Shown here: positions 59,701 to 64,000 of the stretch, piece by piece
Layout of the letters: the number at the start of each line of letters is the position of its first letter
Numbering within the stretch: the first letter of the stretch is position 1
Origin: Veleropilina oligotropha
Taxonomy: Eukaryota
Assembly (NCBI GenBank): GCA_048128005.1
Contig: JBEUKZ010000100.1
Span: forward strand, 372,001 to 436,000
Length of the DNA: 64,000 bases
Direction: 5' to 3'
Made by a program: the position numbers and the translations under genes
The notes under the pieces: generated by a model
The model's database searches: none
Told to the model about the DNA's origin: nothing
The model's input: the letters and a program-made list of their open reading frames with translations, nothing else

Positions 59701-62700
59701 GGACCAATCCGGCGTAAAAATGGCTCCGGATTGACGGATTGGTGCTCAAATTCGAACCCTGACATATTTCTAGAATCATATGACATATTTCTAGAATTAA
59801 TACAGTAACTAAAATTGAAATTATTATAATAAATGTTGAAACAGGAAGTCGGCTTCCCGAGTTGTTCTCCCGAGTGGTCATTTACTAAACTACACATCAG
59901 TCTGCAACAGCCGGTCACATTACTTTCATTTCAAAAGAAATCTGTCGCCGAAGCATCACAAGTAATTTCTGTGACACACATTGGATAGTGTTTGTTGTCG
60001 GAGTGCACTCATCCCTCGAATTACTGAATACAAAACTATTGCTGTCGGACATTGCTTAATTTTATAATCCAGTGACCACTGCAAACAATCTTGTGAGGTA
60101 CAAGGGATTCTACCACCACAACGGAGATTGATGTATAACACACTAATTTTACCTTCTTTACAGGAGAGTTCGTGTTGATTCCATCGTGGCAAGGCTTCCA
60201 GTTTATTGCTCTCAGCATCGCTTCTCTGACTGGATAAGATACAAGTTCCACGTCGTGGATTATGCTTTACGGTGACACATGATGCTTTGGCCAAGCATAG
60301 ACTGCGGCACGCATCCACGGACCAAACCTCTGTTTGTCGCTCGTCATTTCGGTGGACAGTAGCTTGGTCCGTAAATGTTGTCCACTCTACATGCAGGCCT
60401 GGACAGCGGTCTGCAATTACAAATCTCTGTAGATAACTTCGTTACGAGTCAATATACAAATATGTTATACCATGTTTTGAAAGCATGGTTCAGCAATATA
60501 TCAAAGAATACTTAATGTTAGCTTATTACATTCTCATTGTTTTATCAGTAGCATTCGCAAATATATTTTTAACATTTACCTTTGAACACAATTATACATC
60601 GTGGCTCAGTGGGTAGTTCACAGGACTCTCGTCAGCTAGTCCAGGGTTCGCTGCCGAGCTCACTTGGGCAAGGAAATAAGCACATATTTGCCTCGGTTCA
60701 CCCAGCCGACCTAAATGGGTACCTGGTCGGTGTGATAATTAGTCGTAGCGCCGTCAGTGGCAGCTTGACTGTACATAATGCTCTCAAAGAGAGTTGAGAT
60801 GGGTACTAGATCAGAACAGGTCGATAACCAGGGGTAATTAATATGTGATAGCGCTGTGAGCGTGCGACCTGAGCGGATACGGCGCAATATAAATGTCCAT
60901 TATTATTATTATTATTAAAATATTCTATTCTTTTGTGAATTCATATTACTTAATGGCAATGTTATTTTTTCTACATATGGAGGCTTGTCAATATATTCCA
61001 GCTGATATGAGTCTCCACTTACCAGTGCGACAGGCCCATGAGCTATGCACCCATCCTGTGATCGCACCATAGTATTCACCAACGTCTGTTGAGCGGTATG
61101 ATGACAGTCGACAATCTGTTGTCACAGCATTGTAGTCAAACGATCGACAGAAAAACGTGGGCTCACTGAGACACAATTCGCTACAGACGGAGCTGTTATC
61201 CACATCACTGATCGACTTGCTATTGTGCAAAAACACGGCAAAGTCGTTTATCAGCGTCCACACGACATCATCGGGCGATGAGCAGGGACCTGTAAGAAAA
61301 TGTCTCAATGTTAAATGGCGTCTTATGAACATTTATAAAAGAGGGAAAAATGAACTATGATGGTGAAAAGACCTGACTTTTACGACCATGATTAAGGGTT
61401 TAATCAAATTTAAGCCTCTGTACATGATAATGTCTCTATTCAAGGACAGGGATGTTAGTTATAAGCTCTAAATAGAAAAAGCAATGATTTTCTTGTCATA
61501 CCGCATCTTTTGATATGGCGATGGAGGAAATAACATAAATTTAACCAGATACTAATTTAATGGATGTTGAAACAGAAATTATTGTTATAGTTTGATTACA
61601 TTTCATTTTAATTAACAAAATAACTTTCAAATTAAGGTAAGCTTACATTGATCAAGAAAGTTGAAAGAAATAAAACTTAGCCACATTCATCTTCTCACTC
61701 AAGCAAGATATCTCAGAATATTGTGTGCCACAATTCTCAAAAAGATATCTGATAACACCATTGTCTCTTCAACTGTGGGTCAAACCAATAGAGTCGATGT
61801 GCTCAAATACAGAGCACATGCCAATAAACTTGATAAAAAGCAGCCAGTTGTCATTAAGATTCTAAAGAAGCAATGTGCATACCTCACTTCTCATTATAAT
61901 TAATGTCACGACTTACTTGTCCTCGCGCTCCATTCCGAAGAGGATAAGCCCGGGTTGCAGATCTGCTTATGATTCAGTGGGTTAACATCATTTTCTTGGA
62001 AGCATGCATCGCCAATGATGCAGGAGGAATTCTGCAGATTGATTGAATTGTGCATAGTATTAAATAATTGCACAATGACTAATCGCGAATAATTCTGAAT
62101 ACAGTGATCTAGATAAGGGTTTTCAGTCCAGAAGTAATGCACTCCCTCATTTCATCAATGTTTGCGTATTTGAGGATTTTGGTGCGTAATGTACACTGAA
62201 TGCAGATCATCTGCAGAACGGTAATACATTGGTTCAAATATGTGTAGGAAGTGAATATCCATATATACCACTCACCGTTTGACTGCACAATCCAGCAGCA
62301 GGGTCGCACGTTAAACACGTGGGATTGTAGGCGGCGTAGAAGGCCTGGTTGCTCCAATTGAGATCATTGTTGGCAACAGTGACATTATATGTATTATCAG
62401 GCGGTTTATACGCAGCACACAGGACAGAACTCTCGCTAACAAATTGAGCAACAGATGACACCTCCTAGCAAGAACAAGACAATGTATAGCAGTGTTGATG
62501 TGGTATCATGTAAAGAACTACGATCCAGCACACACAATAAATTGTACCTTAATAAACCGCGAACTGAGTCAATGAAAAGATCATTCTCTTATAGAGGAGC
62601 GCAGCTCTGGAACACATTACCCCAAACAGTGAAAGATGGTAAATCAATCAATATCTTCAAAGTAAGAATGAATAACCATTTAAAGGCACTGTCTGCAAAT

Positions 62701-62909
62701 GCTTAGACATATATATATATATATGTATATATTATTTTCTATTGTACTGTATTTGCTATTCTGACTCTTACTATTCTGCCGAATGATTTTTAACGTTTGT
62801 CTTATGATGTGCATCCTGTAGATATTTTTAGTATTGGTGGGTACTTTGTGTAGTTAGCGAGGGACTCAGGGAAGATTGGTAACCTTTATACTAACTGATC
62901 TCCCTCGAT

Positions 62910-62946
<37 letters not shown>

Positions 62947-63565
62947 GAAATCAAATATTTATAAAGATGGGCAAGACAATGTCATAATACTTTTGAAAGA
63001 GATATTTAGATTGACAAGAATTACAATTTATTATACAGATGCTCGTTTACGTTGTTGACCTATAAATAAAGCAAAATAACCTGTAAATACTTATAACTGT
63101 AATCTCCCTAGCACGTGTAATGCAGCAAGCTGGAGGGATTGTCTCCTCACACAAGCTACATCATCATCATCTATTTTATTGCTACAATATAAAGGTCAAG
63201 GTCACCCATCTCTGACCTTGAACAATGGCCTCCTCTAAGGGCACCTGTGCACCTCACATCAAGAGGATGCTGAGTTACGTTGCACCAAAGGTCGGATGGA
63301 CGAACATTCCGAAAGCAATGCTGATTGAACTAGAACTAAGAGCAATGAAATCACTGAAGTTTCAGAATTACCTGATTCGTTTGTCCAGTGGCACACACTA
63401 GTTGGGGATTCTTGACAAAGATTCCACCATAAACAACCACTGTTGAGCAATCATCAACGAGGATATTGCATAATCCGTTATCAGCCAAACGGAAGATGGC
63501 TGGTGCCATGTCTTTTGGTATATCGCAGGCTGGTCCAATAAAGCCATCTTGACATACACAAACTC
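2688..63565 (-). CDS. VWDE: Partial multi-exon gene (22 exons, 1338 codons): von Willebrand factor D and EGF domain-containing (VWDE-like) extracellular protein with four PAN/apple domains; start and stop codons not identified in the window
   Basis: Hand-spliced GT-AG exons sum to 4014 nt with matching phases and no stops. Motifs NDPHMTTFDG, YNNYFEGEFVLYRHK, SCNCAVAIKSGDDVILIDKC, LPTGT, FPTQRGITE, CVEDI, CPSNC-C-CVC, GLCD, ISISNDG, YNSACYSC and CVINGVCY follow the order I recall for the VWDE family. The symbol means family-level similarity, not orthology. Confidence 0.9.
3538..3713. repeat. 45 bp minisatellite, about 4 copies, each carrying the exon 21 splice donor
   Basis: Unit TCCTACTGTAACAGTACTACAGATAATAGTAGCTTACTGTTTATA. 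Confidence 0.95.
3713..3964 (-). CDS. Exon 21: PAN/apple domain 3
   Basis: DSCQ...CRTACL...CESFN...CTLS...EWHC; tttttgtag / gtaagc; 252 nt, phase 1-1. Confidence 0.88.
4110..5957. repeat. 44-45 bp minisatellite, about 40 copies, filling most of the intron between exons 20 and 21
   Basis: Unit GGGCTAATATCAGCCATGATAGCCTGTAACATGCCAAGGCAAGGT; decays towards the left end. Confidence 0.97.
6022..6136 (-). CDS. Exon 20: NTGCVINGVCYENGEYNPANPRELCDTSANLTTWQAAS
   Basis: ccttgcttcag / gtacgt; 115 nt, phase 0-1. Confidence 0.9.
6582..6797 (-). CDS. Exon 19: LLGTNITQ...AKFVSLNELECEPP...ISISNDG...YNSACYSC...CDRT
   Basis: ccatctccag / gtaagt; 216 nt, phase 0-0. Confidence 0.9.
6950..7135 (-). mobile_element. 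tRNA-derived SINE copy (family also at about 8235-8510, 13885-14140 and 20928-21145)
   Basis: Shared GATGCTTAATATCCTG...TCCAACC and reverse B box TCGAACCC. Confidence 0.65.
7140..7737. repeat. About 4 copies of the same ~157 bp repeat family as 30108-31580
   Basis: Shared CTCCGGAAAAGATAACATTAACGAATTTA, GGCAGTAACTCTG and GGCACCAGTTCA motifs. Confidence 0.75.
8235..8510 (-). mobile_element. tRNA-derived SINE copy
   Basis: TGTCCATATTATCGCGGGA core; GGGATTCGAACCC reverse B box. Confidence 0.65.
9043..9643 (+). mobile_element. HINE-like element with about 3 internal repeats
   Basis: GTATCCC...GGGATAC terminal hairpin, internal repeats with CAAGATGGCCGCC, second GGGGATACA and a 3' hairpin. Confidence 0.55.
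10940..11405. repeat. Patchwork of CCCTAA/TTAGGAC short direct and inverted repeats; probable DNA transposon subterminal region
   Basis: TTTAAATATTTCGGACAGCCCTAA occurs about 4 times; no partner TIR found. Confidence 0.5.
12304..12503 (-). CDS. Exon 18: EGF C-terminal half plus post-EGF domain (GVCVCDGQRAGPDCSIDL...GLCDSR...LTCHMQELQ)
   Basis: gtactag / gtaaat; 200 nt, phase 1-0. Confidence 0.9.
12536..13791. repeat. 36 bp minisatellite, about 35 copies
   Basis: Unit GATCACACGACGGCTGATCATGATCAGTTCTTGCGT. Confidence 0.97.
13885..14140 (-). mobile_element. tRNA-derived SINE copy, diverged
   Basis: GATGCTTAATGTCCTG, CAGGACATGTCCATATTAT and GAACCCACT shared with the other copies. Confidence 0.6.
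14830..17425 (+). mobile_element. Decayed CR1/L2-group LINE ORF2 (APE endonuclease plus reverse transcriptase), frameshifted and 3'-truncated
   Basis: Endonuclease motifs ILHLNI, GFTETFL, RRDR...GGGV, CYRPP, IDHVYTN, SDHYP. RT motifs YRPISILP, QSGFR..HSCQTAL, DLKKAFDVVDH, ADDTT, KLLGVHLD. Several stops and frameshifts; the PQGS.LGP motif is deleted. 5' boundary approximate. Confidence 0.92.
17416..18489. mobile_element. Left-truncated second copy of the 57467-58871 element
   Basis: Colinear with about 57783-58871; ends GGTTCCACTG plus TA. Confidence 0.88.
18655..19917. mobile_element. Kolobok-like MITE (TTAA target duplication) containing a nested MITE
   Basis: Perfect 22 bp TIR AGAGACTATTGCCCGTAAATGC, TTAA on both sides, purine termini. 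Confidence 0.8.
18811..19616. mobile_element. Nested MITE, possibly PIF/Harbinger-like
   Basis: Perfect TIR of about 28 bp AGCCCCTTTCCCACATACACGATTTTTG; internal TACGAT repeats; target duplication imperfect (TAA/TAT). Confidence 0.75.
20438..20630 (-). CDS. Exon 17: C8-like end plus EGF N-terminal half (IMEDFLW...ICPSNCGGTDPCVE)
   Basis: atttgtag / gtaagt; 193 nt, phase 0-1. Confidence 0.9.
20638..20833. repeat. 31 bp minisatellite, about 6 copies, abutting the exon 17 acceptor
   Basis: Unit ATAGCATTATGTTCCATCAGCAGCATGCCTT. Confidence 0.95.
20928..21145 (-). mobile_element. tRNA-derived SINE copy
   Basis: Near-identical to 6950-7135 over the shared part. Confidence 0.65.
21640..23497. repeat. 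47 bp satellite: forward copies 21640-21829 and 22776-22870, inverted copies 22873-23497
   Basis: Unit ACATCTGCCCTCACAGGACAGTGCTTTAATAACTGTAACGGCCGGGA; interrupted by the 21830-22775 insertion. Confidence 0.93.
21830..22775. mobile_element. Unclassified insertion with short inverted repeats plus a ~100 bp terminal hairpin
   Basis: Splits a 47 bp repeat unit at AATAACT|GTAACGG; TTTAATCCATTTTGAC / GTCAAAATGGATTAAA pair; hairpin 22668-22769. Confidence 0.65.
23495..24898 (+). mobile_element. Helentron-associated (HINE-like) element with a ~180 bp tandem array
   Basis: Terminal hairpin TGCCCC...GGGGCA, GTCC microsatellite, then about 7 copies of a ~180 bp unit (AAGAAACTCACC recurs). Confidence 0.65.
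24950..25152. repeat. C-run-rich low-complexity tract
   Basis: More than 15 runs of 4 or more C separated by short AT spacers. Confidence 0.9.
25985..26490. repeat. Same 47 bp satellite, forward orientation, about 10 copies
   Basis: Same unit as 21640-23497. Confidence 0.93.
29410..29559 (-). CDS. Exon 16: C8-like region (KYEFPTQRGITERNAIILC...CVEDIK)
   Basis: tttttcccatag / gtatgc; 150 nt, phase 0-0; equivalent of the WPT.SG.TE...C...C...CV.DI motif. Confidence 0.9.
30108..31580 (-). mobile_element. HINE-like element with a ~157 bp tandem array
   Basis: About 9 copies (GGGAAATAACTCTG recurs); ends GGACGGACGG...ATATCCCCCGC. Confidence 0.65.
32478..32593 (-). CDS. Exon 15: GVDITNRLIQNSQFPIKCDP...FEYDPEYVSP
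   Basis: long pyrimidine tract ending tttttctag / gtaagt; 116 nt, phase 1-0. Confidence 0.87.
32650..32920 (+). mobile_element. Short non-autonomous Helitron
   Basis: 5' TC after an A, (GTCT)n microsatellite, 3' hairpin TACCCG...CGGGTA, then CTAG before a T. Confidence 0.78.
32990..33342. repeat. 50 bp minisatellite, about 7 copies
   Basis: Unit GCCATTCAGGCGGTCTAGTGGAGGGCAGCGCTGTTCACTGACGCCATGGT. Confidence 0.95.
33957..35153. mobile_element. Non-autonomous TIR element with an apparent 5 bp TSD (TAGAT), hAT5-like
   Basis: TIR CAGGCCTCGACATTAAGG / CCTTAATGTCAAGGCCTG; subterminal GGACAAGT/ACTTGTCC repeats; TAGAT on both flanks. Confidence 0.75.
35366..35526 (-). CDS. Exon 14: post-VWD Cys-rich region (RVHPNDTIY...YCTC...VCSSDLK)
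   Basis: ttctttcag / gtactg; 161 nt, phase 2-1. Confidence 0.87.
35724..35934. mobile_element. Small TA-flanked MITE (Tc1/mariner-like)
   Basis: TA-CTGTAAACC ... GGTTTACAG-TA. Confidence 0.6.
35949..36507. repeat. 41 bp minisatellite, about 13 copies
   Basis: Unit CATCGATGGTAACATTGACACATGTCCATATCATCATGCGA. Confidence 0.95.
36791..36899 (-). CDS. Exon 13: VWD end (GLGGLLNDDSSDDMIMPDGS...DFILAWR)
   Basis: ttgttgcag / gtatgt; 109 nt, phase 1-2; matches the GLCG...D...F...WR consensus with Cys replaced. Confidence 0.88.
37488..37599 (-). CDS. Exon 12: VWD (VFLPTGTLVVVKVSVMVGVPFLNVWIQASASDYNQTE); its first 33 nt are part of a tandem array
   Basis: ttgtttcag / gtgagt; 112 nt, phase 0-1; LPTGT...NVWI..S.SD...TEG is VWD-like. 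Confidence 0.88.
37567..41323. repeat. 66 bp minisatellite (with 74, 67 and 27 bp variants), about 55 units, made of 33 nt intron plus 33 nt of exon 12
   Basis: Unit TCCCAGTGGGGAGGAGGACCTGAAACAATATGATGCATGTATCGAGATGGACGACAACTACTAATG. Confidence 0.97.
41649..41861 (-). CDS. Exon 11: VWD (VHTFYRQCEGDRASCNCAVAIKSGDDVILIDKC...GGRKHK)
   Basis: gttgtag / gtaatg; 213 nt, phase 0-0. Confidence 0.92.
42228..44482 (-). mobile_element. Tigger/pogo-family DNA transposon, internally deleted
   Basis: TIRs CAGTATAATCCCTCCAAACCGAAC and its reverse complement (1 mismatch), TA on both flanks, subterminal GTTCGGTTT repeats, transposase ORF inside. Confidence 0.93.
42426..43700 (-). CDS. Tigger/pogo transposase ORF (424 aa) lacking the CENP-B-type HTH and the first catalytic Asp
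   Basis: N-terminal psq-like HTH; motifs LFFRALP, GGKLSKERLTVML, KPLVIGKSKKPRCFK, NKKAWMT, LDNA..H, FLPPNTTSHLQPMDQGII; 30 residues between the last two Asp. Confidence 0.85.
   Translation of the reverse strand: MSICMTIVMSQRPAKRARLDLPLEKKFKLIKESERVPKPTQKELGDKFGIGKFTVCDILKKKSEIIVNYETNANASKCRFKTALFFRALPDKPLSAKGQSSKGGKLSKERLTVMLAASATGEKLKPLVIGKSKKPRCFKNVNELPITWCWNKKAWMTTNLFIEWITSVNADMKKQNRSILMILDNAISHAHCLALSNVTLKFLPPNTTSHLQPMDQGIIRAFTARYQKHLLRSLLCKIDGCKNASEICKEITVLDALHWISSAWNETKAVTIEKCFANAGFCQQPDEDDSEDDDIPLAQLAKRLQSACPDLDMDNLIDFDSDVAIENDNEDWERALVEQCEDKAIGENVSDDDDECSNNNNGDDIDITYKDIMAFSEKLKTFAMKKDQCFISHAMELNVMSQCAIVKEKCQNKKSDITTFLKNC
44560..45015. repeat. Old dispersed repeat; related copies at about 25190-25425 (same strand) and 18500-20110 (inverted, interrupted)
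   Basis: Shared CTGCATTTAACTTGCGA, AAATGAGTAGGG, GTAACGAAGCGGAATCA and TTTATTCACGGCGAT motifs. Confidence 0.7.
45215..47307 (-). mobile_element. Two adjacent HINE-like elements with diverged ~170-180 bp tandem arrays
   Basis: Recurrent TTAAATTCCATT..ATCAGTGCCAGAGTATC; two (CA)n plus ATGCCC...GGGCAT hairpin ends near 46500-46570 and 47230-47307. Confidence 0.6.
47402..47465 (-). CDS. Exon 10: VWD (SYYNNYFEGEFVLYRHKTLPYC)
   Basis: tttcttttcag / gtaagt; 64 nt, phase 2-0. Confidence 0.92.
48009..50120 (-). mobile_element. HINE-like element with a ~152 bp tandem array (about 11 copies)
   Basis: CAAAATGGCCACCACGGCGGCCATCTTGAATC recurs about every 152 bp; terminal hairpin GCCC...GGGC. Confidence 0.65.
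51345..51622. mobile_element. Kolobok-like MITE with long imperfect TIRs
   Basis: TTAA flanks; arms of about 65 bp (cttttgtattgg..taatattg.tttaacttt.tattac and its complement). Confidence 0.65.
52690..53122 (-). mobile_element. HINE-like fragment
   Basis: Internal repeats (GTCTTGAGATATC x3), GGAC microsatellite, TCCCC...GGGA hairpin end. Confidence 0.5.
53305..53381 (-). CDS. Exon 9: start of VWD domain (LTVVDMDRSAMAISVNDPHMTTFDG)
   Basis: gcttttcag / gtaggt; 77 nt, phase 0-2; DPH..TFDG is the VWD signature. Confidence 0.92.
54002..54086 (+). other. tRNA-like sequence (pseudo-tRNA or SINE head)
   Basis: TAGCTCAACTGGTAGAGCA D-arm and GGGTTCAAACCCC T-arm, but no convincing anticodon or acceptor stem. 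Confidence 0.5.
54344..54457. repeat. Near-perfect 114 bp palindrome
   Basis: AATAAATAGTAAATATAGATTTAC...TTGCGAAACAATTAC|GTAATTGTTTCGCAA...GTAAATCTATATTTACTATTTATT. Confidence 0.9.
54744..54920. repeat. 35 bp minisatellite, 5 copies
   Basis: Unit CTGGATTACCATGGTAGTTCACGTACTACTGAGAT. Confidence 0.95.
55037..55447 (-). CDS. Exon 8: pre-VWD beta-rich region (IEAASTMELREGE...NWMDVYKINVKASNDNKFDGD...)
   Basis: tttgtttgttag / gtaagt; 411 nt, phase 0-0; W...V.A..D...DGD motif as recalled upstream of the VWD in VWDE proteins. Confidence 0.9.
55675..55767 (-). CDS. Exon 7: ISCAVSACYADDCENTRGVLAVSDTFTAELK
   Basis: ttcttcctgatag / gtgcgt; 93 nt, phase 0-0. Confidence 0.82.
56126..57266. repeat. 27 bp minisatellite, about 42 copies
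   Basis: Unit GACCACGAGGCCACTATGACACGCATT. Confidence 0.97.
57467..58871. mobile_element. Non-autonomous Tc1/mariner-superfamily (pogo/Tigger-like) element, complete
   Basis: TIRs CAGTGGAACC...GGTTCCACTG with TA flanks; near-identical partial copy at 17416-18489. Confidence 0.88.
58907..59151 (-). CDS. Exon 6: pre-VWD linker region (GAPSDRKGP...FSCDY...AGTK)
   Basis: attttag / gtagct; 245 nt, phase 1-0; fits both flanking phases. Confidence 0.82.
60153..60410 (-). CDS. Exon 5: PAN/apple domain 2
   Basis: DRCP...CRSLCLAKASCVTV...CILS...LSCKE; ttgcag / gtaaaa; 258 nt, phase 1-1. Confidence 0.88.
60598..60916 (+). mobile_element. tRNA-derived SINE with a Nin/Deu-like core and L2-like tail
   Basis: A box TGGCTCAGTGG, B box GGTTCG, core CACCCAG...AAATGGGTACCTGG, tail AGCGCTGTGAGC...GCGCAATATAAAT(TTA)n. 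Confidence 0.75.
61023..61289 (-). CDS. Exon 4: PAN/apple domain 1
   Basis: C-x3-C...CRSFDY...CRLS pattern; ttttcttacag / gtaagt; 267 nt, phase 1-1. Confidence 0.9.
61917..62031 (-). CDS. Exon 3: NSSCIIGDACFQENDVNPLNHKQICNPGLSSSEWSART
   Basis: ctgcag acceptor, gtaagt donor, 115 nt, phase 0-1; same length as paralogous exon 6022-6136. Confidence 0.9.
62276..62464 (-). CDS. Exon 2: EVSSVAQFVSESSVLC...VTVANND...YNPTCLTCDPAAGLCSQT
   Basis: ttcttgctag acceptor, gtgagt donor, 189 nt, phase 0-0; paralogous to exon 6582-6797. Confidence 0.85.
62490..62946 (+). mobile_element. 5'-truncated CR1/L2 LINE 3' end with (TTA)n tail
   Basis: LRSS...LYLNKPRTESMKRSFSYRGAQLWNTLP...SINIFK is a typical ORF2 C-terminus, followed by a UTR, AATAAA and (TTA)n. 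Confidence 0.85.
63372..63565 (-). CDS. Exon 1 in window: EGF C-terminal half plus post-EGF domain (GVCVCQDGFIGPACDIP...NGLCNIL...QLVCATGQTNQ)
   Basis: tttttctag acceptor, gtaatt donor, 194 nt, phase 1-0; paralogous to exon 12304-12503. Confidence 0.9.
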
Positions 63566-64000
63566 CTAGAAAAATGAAGAAACAATTTAGTCTTCTGATA
63601 TATATTTCAATTCAATACTCTCAACTGATTAATAAACAAGTGGTTGCCCCCAGGATTCAGTACAAAGTTTGACAAAACATTTCCAATATTCAAATGTTAT
63701 CTACCACATCAGTGTGGTTAGTAGAAATGTAAACATTGAGAAATCCAACATTTCTGTACATTGAATCAAGTAGTGAGACACTGTGTTCAAATTCTTTCAA
63801 AAAATATGCAATATACAAACTTGTTCTACCTCTTGTTCTGGACTTGTTCGACCACTGAGACATTATTTGAGCACTTTAAATTCAAAGTTGAAAAATATTC
63901 AAACACAATAACAGCAATCAGCAGAATAATGTTAGCAATATTCATTGTTTCAACATCCCAAATGTGGATGGATGCAAACTTATTTTGCAAATAGATCTAT

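Noticed and set aside
63051..63059. Possible 9 nt microexon (VNN) between exons 1 and 2
   Set aside because: Weak donor (gtaaac) and the frame is consistent without it.

Overview
AT-rich animal genomic DNA, probably from a lophotrochozoan such as a mollusc (inferred from the repeat types and the protein family; not proven). The window lies inside one large minus-strand gene whose start and end are not identified here. I could hand-splice 22 GT-AG exons (63565 down to 2688; 4014 nt, 1338 codons, all intron phases compatible, no stops). They encode a VWDE-like extracellular protein with a repeated layout: EGF, post-EGF domain, PAN, PAN, linker, VWD, C8-like region, EGF, post-EGF domain, PAN, PAN. 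The introns hold a decayed CR1/L2 LINE, a Tigger/pogo transposon with an in-frame internal deletion, several MITEs (some nested), Helitron/Helentron-type elements carrying 150-180 bp tandem arrays, tRNA-derived SINEs and about a dozen minisatellites. The most unusual structure is a 3.75 kb minisatellite built from the intron/exon junction of a VWD exon. It gives about 55-60 tandem copies of the splice acceptor, and only the last copy yields an open frame. A second array duplicates a splice donor. Domain and TE family names come from motif recognition, not database searches.
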